From the IMG/VR virus record IMGVR_UViG_3300028886_000047: a stretch of 64,000 bases of DNA, one strand, 5' to 3'. Under the pieces are notes generated by a model, which was not told where the DNA came from, searched no databases, and saw nothing but the letters and a program-made list of their open reading frames with translations. Made by a program: the position numbers and the translations under genes. Of this stretch, positions 42,281 to 52,694 are shown one piece after another. This DNA is from a virus. Its lineage: Duplodnaviria; Heunggongvirae; Uroviricota; Caudoviricetes. Positions within the stretch are counted from its first letter, which is position 1. Each line of letters begins with the position of its first letter.

Positions 42281-42736
42281 TTATTCAGCCCAAACCACTG
42301 CATCCACATCACGAGAAGAAGAGCGACCAGGGTAGACGTATCCATCTCGGCAGACCTTAATTTTAACATCTTTTTTGATAGATGTTAAAATTTCTTCAAA
42401 GGTTGCAGAAGAGGGAAAACAGGCGGGAAAATCTTTATCCCCGTCAGCCTCGCGTAACTTTTTGGAGCGGAAAAAGCCGAAAGGTATGCCTGTGGGCAGT
42501 TCCGTTCCGTCAGTACGCTTTGCAGCGGCTGACAAGATTGTGCCCTCTCGCTTGTCCTTCCCTTCCCCTTGAGTCCATTCAATTTCGAGGATGTCACCCG
42601 TTAAGGTTAGAATCTCACCCCTATCAGCAGGGATGTGAAAATTAACGTTACGGGAATCTTTTGCTTTTGCGGCTGCAAGTGCCGTGTCTGCATCCACTTT
42701 CTTTGGTGCAGACAAAACAAACATAGTTTGTGCCAT
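42281..42736 (-). CDS. hypothetical early protein (start likely at MAQTM, 42736)
   Basis: GC-rich codon usage begins at this ATG. Confidence 0.6.
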   Translation of the reverse strand: MAQTMFVLSAPKKVDADTALAAAKAKDSRNVNFHIPADRGEILTLTGDILEIEWTQGEGKDKREGTILSAAAKRTDGTELPTGIPFGFFRSKKLREADGDKDFPACFPSSATFEEILTSIKKDVKIKVCRDGYVYPGRSSSRDVDAVVWAE

Positions 42737-42975
42737 AGTTGTGTGAATGATTAAATTATTATATTGAGGTTGATACCCCTTACGTAGTAAAGACATTTTA
42801 CTTTTTGACTACGTTTTCATATGAGCGAGGCCGGGGGACTCGCGCATATGTCCACCCTCCCTCTCATCACAAAAAAAATTAAAAAAAAATAAAAAAAATT
42901 TTATAAACAAAAAAATTTATAAAAAAATTTTTATATTAAGTATAATTCAAACAAAAAATACTGGCCGGAAGGCCC

Positions 42976-43140
42976 TAAGTATAGTTCTATTAAGTATAGT
43001 AATAAGTATAGTTAGTGTTCATTTAAGATTTTGATTTGTTCATTTAAGATTTTCAATTTGGTTATTTTAGATTTTAATATGTTCATTTAAGATTTTTAAC
43101 AAATTTTAATATGTTCAAAATTTGATTATTATTTGTTCAA
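42976..43140 (+). repeat. iteron-like direct repeats (putative origin or operator array)
   Basis: TAAGTATAGT x3 (42976, 42991, 43003); GTTCATTTAAGATTTT at 43017, 43038 and 43081, with a variant at 43061. Confidence 0.7.
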
Positions 43141-43155
43141 TGATAAATTCAGATT

Positions 43156-43842
43156 ATGGAAAACAAAGAAAAAAGACATATTGAATTACCTTCAACTGAA
43201 GGAATCAATGATATAACACCTCAAGATCAATTAGTTTATTTAGGTCTTAGATCTTATATGAATAAAGATACTATGCAAGCATTTCCTTCCCAAGAATCTG
43301 TGGCACAAAGAATAGGATGTTGTAGAAATACATTAAGGAAATGTATTCAAAATTTAATAGATAAAGAATACATAAAAATAGTTGGAAAACAAGGTCGAAA
43401 TAAAATTTATCAATTTAACAAATTAAAACAATTCGAACCTTTTTCTTATGAATTTTTAGAAGATAGAAGTATTAGTTTTACACAAAGAGCATTATTAGCA
43501 TCCTCACAACAATATATGAAAAATAAAGATACTGGTACAGGAATAATCAAATATTCTAAAATGGAATTAGCGGAGTTGATAAATATGCCTTATTCTACTC
43601 TAGTAAAAGCTACTAGAGAATTAGCAAATAAAGATATTATTAACACAACAACACTTCCATCTGGAAAACAACAAATGGAGTTTGCTTTAGAAAAATACCA
43701 CCAAGGAATTGTTAAGGTATTAATGAACCACGAACAAAGAATTGAAAATAATGAAGATAGAATTACCATATTAGAAAATCAAGTAAAATTATTACAAGAA
43801 GAATTAATTAAAGAACGAAAAAGCAGAGGAATAATAATTTAA
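43156..43842 (+). CDS. HTH protein, putative replication initiator
   Basis: FPSQESVAQRIGCCRNTLRKCIQNL (HTH_36-like); second HTH; C-terminal coiled coil. Confidence 0.7.
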   Translation: MENKEKRHIELPSTEGINDITPQDQLVYLGLRSYMNKDTMQAFPSQESVAQRIGCCRNTLRKCIQNLIDKEYIKIVGKQGRNKIYQFNKLKQFEPFSYEFLEDRSISFTQRALLASSQQYMKNKDTGTGIIKYSKMELAELINMPYSTLVKATRELANKDIINTTTLPSGKQQMEFALEKYHQGIVKVLMNHEQRIENNEDRITILENQVKLLQEELIKERKSRGIII

Positions 43843-43888
43843 CATTTTTTTAATTTGAACTCAATAAGTTCTACTATATTTTAATAGC

Positions 43889-44254
43889 ATGATAATTGAA
43901 CCGAACTTATTGCAGGTATTGTTCCAAGAATTATTTGGAACAAATGATATGCACGAAAAATATGAAGATAACGGAGTATTTTTTAGCATAGATTCTAAAA
44001 AAACAGATGATAATACAATGGTAATTACATTGCATTATGAAGAAGATAATTCTAAAAAGGATTTTGAAGATTATGTAAACAATCTGGATGATGAAATATT
44101 TACAGAAGCTCTTGAACAAACCAAAAAGATGATTCCAAATATGGAAGTTGTTTACGAATCTACAGATTGGGAAAAGGTTGCTAATACATTCCAAGATAAT
44201 GTAAATGCTGCTATTGAAAATAAAATTAAAAACTTAAAATCATTTATTCGTTAA
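43889..44254 (+). CDS. hypothetical protein
   Basis: ORF track. Confidence 0.6.
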   Translation: MIIEPNLLQVLFQELFGTNDMHEKYEDNGVFFSIDSKKTDDNTMVITLHYEEDNSKKDFEDYVNNLDDEIFTEALEQTKKMIPNMEVVYESTDWEKVANTFQDNVNAAIENKIKNLKSFIR

Positions 44255-44323
44255 TATTAAATAGTGGCCGCCAACAATTAGCTATTTAATATTTTCTAAA
44301 TTATTAGAAAGGCATCTAATAAC

Positions 44324-44395
44324 TGGGATATAGCTCAGAGGTAGAGCAATGGTCTGTTAAACCATAGGTCGAGATATCGTAATTCTCTATCCCAG
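44324..44395 (+). tRNA. tRNA-Asn(GTT)
   Basis: TGGGATA/TATCCCA; ATGGT-CT-GTT-AA-ACCAT; atypical T-loop ATCGTAA. Confidence 0.8.
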
Positions 44396-44402
44396 CATAC
44401 AT

Positions 44403-44477
44403 TGGGGTATAGTCGAGTGGTTCAGACTGGAAACTCTAAATTTCTGCATTACGTGGGTTCGAATCCTACTGCCCCAA
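44403..44477 (+). tRNA. amber suppressor tRNA (anticodon CTA), probably Gln-accepting
   Basis: TGGGGTA/TGCCCCA (U1:A72, G2:C71, G3:C70); GGAAA-CT-CTA-AA-TTTCT; CTA at 44436-44438. Confidence 0.92.
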
Positions 44478-44486
44478 CAAAAATAA

Positions 44487-45003
44487 TTGACATTTATGAA
44501 ATTTAAATATAATGGAAGGATTTATAATCCTGTTAATGTAGAAAAAAAATTAAAAAAAATGGGAATAACAATGGAAGATATAGAAATTCTTCCAGATGAA
44601 AAAAAGAAAAAGGAAACATCTGATGAATTAGAAGATTGGATGAAAGATAAAGAAATGGTAAATCTTATAACTGATTCAGATGATATAAAAAGAGTAGTAA
44701 TTGTTCCTAAAGGCGAAAGACCAGATATAATTGAATTATTAAAAAATCAGATCTGGAATCCAATAACAAAAACGGGATTATACTCAATAGAATTTTTAAA
44801 AACGTTAAGATATGAATAAAATAAGAGATGTTATTATTTTAAAATTATTAAATAGATTGTATAAATATATAATATTAATGGATATTATATTAGAAAAATA
44901 TTATGGAATAGATTCTCAAATTTATTTAGATTTCCATGATAAATTAAATGTTTTATCAATAGATAAAGACCGTAAGGACACAAAAAAGCCTGGACTCAAT
45001 TAA
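44487..45003 (+). other. two hypothetical CDS (44487..44819, 44812..45003)
   Basis: ORF track. Confidence 0.5.
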
Positions 45004-45018
45004 GAGTTCAGGCTTTTT
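44982..45018. terminator. bidirectional intrinsic terminator
   Basis: AAAAAAGCCTGGACTC-aatta-AGAGTTCAGGCTTTTT between convergent genes. Confidence 0.8.
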
Positions 45019-45133
45019 GCGTTATGACTAATCTTTTATACAGACATTTTCAAACTTTTTATAAGCATCTAAATACCACTCTTTTTTATCTCCATTATAA
45101 GTGAGTTCATAATCTAATGTGTTCTGTATATCC

Positions 45134-45463
45134 TTACTTCTGTGCTTCCTTTTCCGAATCCTTCAGCATCTTCTCCAGTTCCTTGGTAGAAGGCATCAGT
45201 CCTAATGGCTGGTCACAAAAGACGCTGCCAAGAACTTGCATCATCCCATAGTCAAGCACTGTGATTTCGTCCACATCCTCAAACAGCCGCATGTTCAGCA
45301 CATTCAAGTACATCTCCATTGCAATCTTCTGGTTCTTCAGTAGCTGGCGGTTGTTCTGCGACAGCTTGTAGAACTTCTCTGAGTTGATGAAGTCCGTCAG
45401 CTTAGCCAGCCTCTCTTTTAATTCTTTCTGCTCTTTGATGAGCCTTTCTTTCCAATCTTCCAT
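45134..45463 (-). CDS. crAss001_48-like small protein
   Basis: WKERL..E..EL.ERL.KL..F motif recalled from crAss-like phages; GC-rich codons. Confidence 0.5.
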   Translation of the reverse strand: MEDWKERLIKEQKELKERLAKLTDFINSEKFYKLSQNNRQLLKNQKIAMEMYLNVLNMRLFEDVDEITVLDYGMMQVLGSVFCDQPLGLMPSTKELEKMLKDSEKEAQK

Positions 45464-45533
45464 CTTCTTTTTAATTTTTATATTTTTATTGAAACCACCC
45501 TATAAAGAGTGGGATTTGTTGTGAATGTATTAT

Positions 45534-48344
45534 TTATTTTAATTTTCTAAACATTGAACAAATGCTATTAAGATACCAGTTGACACCTGCTGACATAATG
45601 TTTGCAGAACCACTTTGAGCATATCCGTTAATTGCTATTTCAACTATGATGGAAGGTATATGTCTTAATAGTTCCATATATCTGAAAACAGTTGCAGCAT
45701 TATTAGTCCAAACACCACCAATAAATTGCTGGTCGCTATGATTGACCGAGTAATTGAATCTATCTTTAATATTCTGTTCTTCATCTAAAGACAATCTATA
45801 TACTGTCGAAAATATAGTACTATCTTCATCTGCTTCTATGTAGTTCCCTTTTGTTGGGCTGAATGGGTCTGTGTGAAAATCTATGTGGAAAAGTATGTTA
45901 GTTTCCCCATACTCATCGCACACCATCTTTACAGCTTTCGGTTCATTGTATTGAAATGGATATGAACCAGTATGAGTATATGAAGACCAATCACCCCAAC
46001 TCCCATCTGGACCATAGTTATAATTAGGGTCTACATTAGCAGAATTATATCTTATGCCATTCTGCATACCATAAGGATTAACTACAGGAATACAAATGAT
46101 GCGACAACGCCTAACTATTTCTCTCAACTCGTTATTTTTATAACCATCAAAATAAAGATAGCTAATAAGTCTGTATAGACTCCAGAAGCCTTCGTACTCA
46201 TTGCCATGAATACCCGCTGTCAAAAAAATAGTATAATCATAATAAAGAGGTGTAAATACATACTTAAAAATGTCGTATGTGCCTGATGTATCTTTGATTA
46301 TGAACTCTTTTGTGACTGTAATATTAGGTATTGAGTCAATAAATCCATCCCAATAATTACTGATGAAATCAGCATAAGAAACCCGTGAGTTTTTTATTGG
46401 AATAGTATCGCCGAGACTTATGTATTTGTTATACTGACATGCTTCAAGTTTTAGTATATCAGTGGCAGTGGTATTTATGCTATTTATAAAAATATAATCA
46501 AGCAAAGACTTTTTTTCGATAATACTACATCTTTGCGGTACATAAGCCTCAGTTTGTGGTTGTTGTTGCAAACCAATTGCAATCCATACATACTTACAAT
46601 CTGAAGGAATGTCTGTAATTTCCCAACTATTGTCTTTATTTACGTCATGACGGTTATTCTCACCATCGCAATAATCAGGTGATGAACCTCCTATAGATTT
46701 TAAGAAAGCATATTTTGAAAAATAATTAGTATTTCCAAGTATCACAAAAACTGGGTTAATTATATTGACTGGAACTTTTACAAAACATCCCGTACTACCT
46801 GTTGCCCAACCGCCTGTGGAACCAATAAAATAATTAGTTCTCTCTTCCATGTTTATAACATCTATCGGATATTCATTCAATATGTCCGGTAAATTTCCCT
46901 CTATTTTTTCAATTCTATCAAGCACATCTTTCTCGAACAGTATTGACCGAGGGTATTCTTCACCCCAAACCTTGTTATCGTTAATGTCTGTCGGATTAAT
47001 AACAGAAAGGTCAGACTTGAATAGTACAAGCCTATATTTATAGCTTCCATCAGTAGCAAAGCATTTAATATTTCTTACTGTGCCCGACTTATCATATTTC
47101 CCGTCTGTATTATATCTTCCAATATAAGTACCATCCGAATTATATTTAAACACTCTTATAGAATAGTCGTTCTCACAAACAACAGCGATTTTGTCGGATA
47201 TGAAATCGCTTCTTATATACTTGCCAGCGTCAGTGTCAACATTTAATCCAGTTGCACTTGCAATCTGACCATTTTCAAAAATCAAAGCAGGGCTAAATTC
47301 TGAAAAACAATCATTCCTGTATAAATACATTGCCGACGGGGTGTTGTCGTATTTTCCTACTTTTTTCGTTATTGATATAAACCTACAATCTTGTGGGATA
47401 TTAATATAATACCATTCATTCGCAAGTATAGGCATTCTTTGTGTGCCATCGCAATACTGCATATACTTACCATGGTTTGGATAGTCGGTCAAAAACGCGA
47501 TTGATGTATTATTACTTACCCCTCCCTTTACTCTTATTGCTACTTCAAACAATACAGGAATAATATATGACTGTACATTAGAATCCTCTCTCCATATATC
47601 TGTGTTAGGATTAAGATAACCTTTTATAACAAGAGTATCTGAAAATACTATTTCTTTTCTAATCCTAAGAGTTCCATCAAGTATATTGCCTTGCTCGGCA
47701 CTCAATGTTTTATTTACACCTCCATCAATTACATTATCGACTATTTTAGGGATAGCCGAAAGCACCCCGCCACTCTTCACCAGATTATCACTACCAGCAG
47801 TAGGTTCTTCGTCAGCACCATTGAGGATGGCTCCTACGGTGGGGATCTTCAGATCGCCTTCTGCCGTACGGTTGGTGAAGTCTGTTGCACTGGCGATGCC
47901 GATCTGACCGCCTTCGACGGACAGCTCTGCCAGGCCCTCCACCTGTTGCAGGCGGGAATCGATGTTAGCCACATTGAGCTTAATATCTCCGATGATGGAT
48001 TCACCCATAGTTTCTTCAAGTTCTTCCTTAGTAACATATTCATCAGTATTTAACTCTGCTTTATTACCTGTATCCTGTTCGCCAATAAACCAATTTCCGT
48101 TTTCTCCAATATGAGGAGTTATTCCATCTTTACCAGGAAGACCTCTTGGACCGACCGCCCCTCTTGGGCCTTTTAAATTAATTCCTGTATTTACATATTT
48201 ATCTCCATTATGTCGCATAACATTTCCTGATTCATTTATATAATCTAGATATTGCTCTGTGGCTTTATCTTCTACATACTTAGGTTCTATCTTTTCCTAT
48301 GCAACCTAAGTGTTTTTTGATTTAACTTTTAAAACTGATTTCAT
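45534..48344 (-). CDS. large virion/tail-associated protein: collagen-like start, C-terminal M14/AstE-like Zn peptidase; TAGs only at codons 13 and 16
   Basis: GPRGAVGPRGLPGKDGITPHIGENGNW; AGIHGNE, NPYG, RYNSANVDPN.N, IDFHTD; 42-codon leader in frame from ATG 48344. Confidence 0.7.
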
Positions 48345-48351
48345 ATTTATT

Positions 48352-48555
48352 TTAATTCAAAATTCCGCCATACTTATGTTTGAACTTACGTACGTTGGCA
48401 GCAAACGTTGCCTTTTTTCTTATCTTCGGGTCTGGACTATTTTTACCGCGCTATATACATTCATTTGTAACATTTCCTCCACAATATCTAGTGAAAGACC
48501 CTTTCTGAGAAGGTTTAATCTTTATTTTGGCTCCTTTTTTAAATTTATAATTCAT
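48352..48555 (-). CDS. small basic crAss-like virion protein, one TAG
   Basis: KGSFTRYCGGNVTNECI(TAG)RGKNSPDPKIRKKATFAANVRKFKHKYGG. Confidence 0.7.
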
Positions 48556-48691
48556 ACATATTTAAAATTTATTAATTTCCACCGTTTTATAAATTATCTA
48601 TTTTGTTTTTATGATTTAACTTTTGATTTTTACTAATATATCAATATTTTAGAATAAATACAAATATTTTTTATTTATTAACAATTTATAG

Positions 48692-49366
48692 ATGATAGTC
48701 AATTTATTTAAAAAATTTTGGAAAATACTTAGTAAATTATCTCCAAATACAAGAAGTGCTATAATTATAATTTTATTGGGATATATTATGTATTTCCAGA
48801 TAAATTAGTCAACCCATGAAACAATGATAAACATTATGGAAAAAAATATTAAATCGGAAAAGTAGGCCGAACAATATACTAAAGATACAGCGAATCAAAT
48901 TAATCAATGGGTTAAACTTATATAGGAAAGAGATTAGGCAGCTTTTGATGTGTTACTTTTAAATTATCATAATAATACACAAAGCTTACAAGGATATAAA
49001 TATTTGTATTTATCATGCTTGGTGGAATAGCCAAGGTCAGTAGATACTCCCCTATTAAAATCGTAGTGGAATAATATAGATTATATCTATTATGTAGATG
49101 AGTTAACTAAAATACATAGTCAGAATTTTGTAAAAATTCAAGACATTACTGAAATGAAAATTGCTCTTCCAAAATTATATCATTTGGTAAAGGGGACAGA
49201 TGCTAAATCTATTTCTTTTTTTACGATTGAAAGTAATTCTCAAGCTATTGGAATGATTGTAATTTTTTATGATTAGGAAATTGTATATGATTAGAAAGAT
49301 CTTGCTTTCATACTTAAAACTGTTAATGAATTAGCAAAATTACTTGATTATGAAAACGTAAAATGA
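48692..49366 (+). CDS. N-terminal TM protein (holin-like?), several TAGs
   Basis: 225 codons under read-through; single TM (SAIIIILLGYIMYF). Confidence 0.55.
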
Positions 49367-49369
49367 TTT

Positions 49370-50269
49370 ATGAAATATGATAAGGTAAATGGAGAAGTAG
49401 GTTTTATTGAAGCTACTCATGAATACAAAAATCTTTCAAATGAATCTTTAAAGTATATTTCAGTTACAACTCTTATAGGTAAATATGAACAAGAGTTTGA
49501 TAAAGATTTTACTAGTAAATATAAAGCTTTAGAAAGATTACTTCCCTCTGATGTTTGGAAAAAAGAAAAAGGTGGAATTTGGAAATCTCATAAAATTCCA
49601 AAAGATTTTTTAGAAGTGTATGACATTAAAGAATCAGAATTAAATGCCACACAACAAGACATTCTTGATGAATGGGCTAAAATAAATCGAGAAGCCTGTG
49701 AAAGAGGAACAAAAATTCATTCCGAATTAGAAAACTCTTTTTATAAAGCAGGCAATAATGTTAAACTGGAAAAATTTGGGATTGGAGGTAAATTTCAATG
49801 CAAGAAAAATTATAATGAATTAGATTTAGAATATGGAGTATATCCTGAATATCTTATTTATTTTAGTACAAAAGATAAAATATTAAATCTTGCAGGCCAA
49901 ATAGACTTATTAATAAAGAATGGCAATGAGATTGTCTTGATAGACCACAAGACTAACGCTAAAATTGATCAGAAAGGGTTCTATGATTCTAAATCACGTC
50001 AAACAAAGAAAATGAAATTTCCATTAACTAAATTAGATGATTGTAATTTTACTCATTATACATTACAATTATCTTTATATGCTTGGATGCTTCAAAGGAT
50101 TAATCCTGACTTTGTTATAAAGGATTTAATTATAAATCATTATGACCACAGTGGGAATAATACTTTATATCATTGTCAATATTTAAAGAAGGAAGTAGAA
50201 TTACTGCTAAAGCATTATAAAAGACAAATAATATTAGAAAATCAAAAAAAGAAATATGAAAGAATTTAG
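49370..50269 (+). CDS. PD-(D/E)XK (RecB/Cas4-like) nuclease
   Basis: SVTTLI, GTKIH..LE, LAGQIDLL...IDHKTN, YTLQLSLYAW. Confidence 0.85.
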   Translation: MKYDKVNGEVGFIEATHEYKNLSNESLKYISVTTLIGKYEQEFDKDFTSKYKALERLLPSDVWKKEKGGIWKSHKIPKDFLEVYDIKESELNATQQDILDEWAKINREACERGTKIHSELENSFYKAGNNVKLEKFGIGGKFQCKKNYNELDLEYGVYPEYLIYFSTKDKILNLAGQIDLLIKNGNEIVLIDHKTNAKIDQKGFYDSKSRQTKKMKFPLTKLDDCNFTHYTLQLSLYAWMLQRINPDFVIKDLIINHYDHSGNNTLYHCQYLKKEVELLLKHYKRQIILENQKKKYERI

Positions 50270-50680
50270 TACTGAAGAAAGAATTGAGATTTGTAGAAAG
50301 TGTCCAATCTATGCTATGAATCAAACATGTAATTCAAAATTATATTTGAATCCAGAAACTAATGATGTTAGTACAGTTCCAAAATCTGGGTATATTCGAG
50401 GCTGTGGGTGTTATATTCCAGTCAAATCTAGAAATAGAAATAATCATTGTACTGTAGGAAAATGGTAAATGTGTTTAGTAAAATTAAAAATATAATAGTT
50501 GGTAACTGGAGAAATTTAACTGGTTATACATCAGATATTCAAAAAGAAAGATTAAAGATATGTAAAACTTGTGAACATAATGTAAAATTTGCAAACACAA
50601 GAATATGTAATTTATGCGGCTGTATTTTAAAATCAAAAGCCAGCATAGAAAATGAAAAATGTTTATTAGGAAAATGGTAG
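50256..50680 (+). other. two small Cys-rich Zn-finger CDS (50256..50468 and about 50462..50680)
   Basis: R..IC..C...C..CGC......C..GKW in both. Confidence 0.65.
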
Positions 50681-51264
50681 AAAACAACAAACCTTTATTA
50701 ACTGAAAATGAAAAGATTGCATTAGTAATGAATAATGCAGGAGATGGACAAGGACTTATTATGGATATGAGCGGAAAGACTGCTGATGAAGTAATGAAAG
50801 ATGAAATGGTTAATAAATTCAATGACCAAGTAGATATGTATGTTGAAAAGTTCAATGAACATTCTAAAAATTTAGAGAAATATGTTGATAATATCTCTAA
50901 AAATGTAGAAGAAATTGAAATCATGCCTTTAGGAAACTATATTCTTGTTAAAGAATTTGAACAGAATCCTTTCCAAAGAATTGTTAGAGATTCCTCAGGT
51001 TTAATAACTGATTTAGGAGGTATGAAGCCAATATTTAAAAACACAGATAATGGAGAAATTGAAGAAGAAGAACTCTTTATAAAAGTTGGAGTAGTTCAAG
51101 AAACTGGGCCAGAATGTAAATATCTTCAAATTGGAGATACAGTATTTTATTCTAAACCGGCATCAATAGTAGTTCCATTTTATAAACAAGGTCTTGTTCA
51201 AGTTTGCGAAAACCGCATAATAGCAGTAGTTAATAAAGGATTATCTAAAAGATTTAATAAATGA
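50659..51264 (+). CDS. GroES-like co-chaperonin
   Basis: IMPLGNYILVK...GVVQETGPECKYLQIGDTVFY. Confidence 0.7.
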   Translation: MFIRKMVENNKPLLTENEKIALVMNNAGDGQGLIMDMSGKTADEVMKDEMVNKFNDQVDMYVEKFNEHSKNLEKYVDNISKNVEEIEIMPLGNYILVKEFEQNPFQRIVRDSSGLITDLGGMKPIFKNTDNGEIEEEELFIKVGVVQETGPECKYLQIGDTVFYSKPASIVVPFYKQGLVQVCENRIIAVVNKGLSKRFNK

Positions 51265-51497
51265 GTATGTATTATGAAGATAAGGTTTATTTTAAACCTG
51301 GAGATATAGTCTAGATTAAACAGGATATTCCTTATAAGCCAATCATGATTGTTTCTCGTGTAGAAAGAAGTATGATTAAAAAAGAAAATCGAAATGATGC
51401 TTTAAGAGGAATTAAATGTAGATGGTTTACAGAAAATGGCTTTATTCAAGAAGCTGTTTTTTCAACAAAGGATTTAATATTAATTAGCAATGAATGA
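51261..51497 (+). CDS. DUF2158/YodC-like protein, one TAG
   Basis: FKPGDIV(TAG)IK...IKCRWFTENG....AVFSTKDL. Confidence 0.65.
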
Positions 51498-52083
51498 TAA
51501 AGAATTACAGTAGGCTTTTATTCAATTTTTGGCTCAAAAATCTGGAGCTAAAAATCAACAAGAACTTGAAAAATATGTTCAATCTCTTGGAGAAGATGGA
51601 TTAAAACAAGCTTATGAAGAATTTATACAATTAATGCAGTCTAAAGCTCAAAAAGCCGCACATGGAGCTAAACTTCAATATTTTAAGAAATTGAAAAATC
51701 AATGTGCTGACGATGAAGAACTCGTTTACTTTAAAAAAGGCGGAATGATTGATTGTGGCTGTAAAAAGAAAATGGAGGATGGAGGTAAAACTCCAAAAAA
51801 GAAATCTTCTAATAAAGCTGTTGATGATTTTAAGAATCGAAACAAATAGACTAAACTTGACCCTAAAACAACTAAAACTCTTCCTGGAGGAAAATACCCA
51901 ACTTATTGGAGTTCTCAAGATAGACAAACTTGGGAAAGAAATCATGGAGATAACGATGAAGGAGCAGCTGTTGTAAGAAACAAAGGTGTTGGAAAGAATG
52001 AAAAAGGAGGAGAAGTAAAAAAGAATTGTGGTGGTTCAAAGTTTAAATTTAATAAAGGTAAGAAAATAAAAGTATCTTGCTAA
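51490..52083 (+). CDS. recoded protein with K/E-x-GG motifs
   Basis: 198 codons under read-through; includes ORF 51529..51849. Confidence 0.65.
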
Positions 52084-52109
52084 TTTAACTTAAAAATGAT
52101 TATGTAAAT

Positions 52110-52694
52110 ATGACATTAGATGTATGGGATTATGATTAGAAAACTGGAAAAGCAGTATTGATGACTGCTGATTTAGTTTTAATTAAAGAATTTAAAGAAC
52201 TATTAAATCCTAAGAGAAATCAATGTAAAGAAGATAAATCTGGATTAGAACATTTAAGAGCAGATAGAGAATTTACATACATATATTTAGCAATATGTTG
52301 GAAATCCCCTTATGCAAACTTTTCTAATTTAGAAAGACATGAAGCTGCTTTATAGGATTCAGAATTAACTGAAGAAGAGTGGAATGACCCAGTATTCAGA
52401 GCTGCATGTAGAAAATATCAATCTTTACAGGATTCAAATAGGTATGTAAGACTTTTACAATCGGCTGAAACAGTAACAGATAAAATTATAGATTACTTCG
52501 ATAATATAGATTTAACTGTGACTAAAGATGATGGAACTCCAGTAGTTAAAATTACCGATATTCAAAAAGCCATGGATTAGTCTGCAAAATAGATTGAAAC
52601 TTTGAAATTGTTAGAATCCCTTGTTAAGAAGGAATTAACTGAACAAAGTTAGATACGTGGTGGTGCTGTTGAAGGATTTATGCCAGATGACTGA
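52110..52694 (+). CDS. putative terminase small subunit, recoded
   Basis: 195 codons under read-through; directly upstream of and overlapping TerL. Confidence 0.55.

Noticed and set aside
42976-43140. CRISPR array
   Set aside because: Units are 10-16 bp with near-absent spacers; no cas operon is present (the nuclease at 49370 is a lone PD-(D/E)XK gene)
44477-44520. HDV-like theta ribozyme after the suppressor tRNA
   Set aside because: The downstream sequence is AT-rich with no P1-P4 pairing; none was seen after the other tRNAs either
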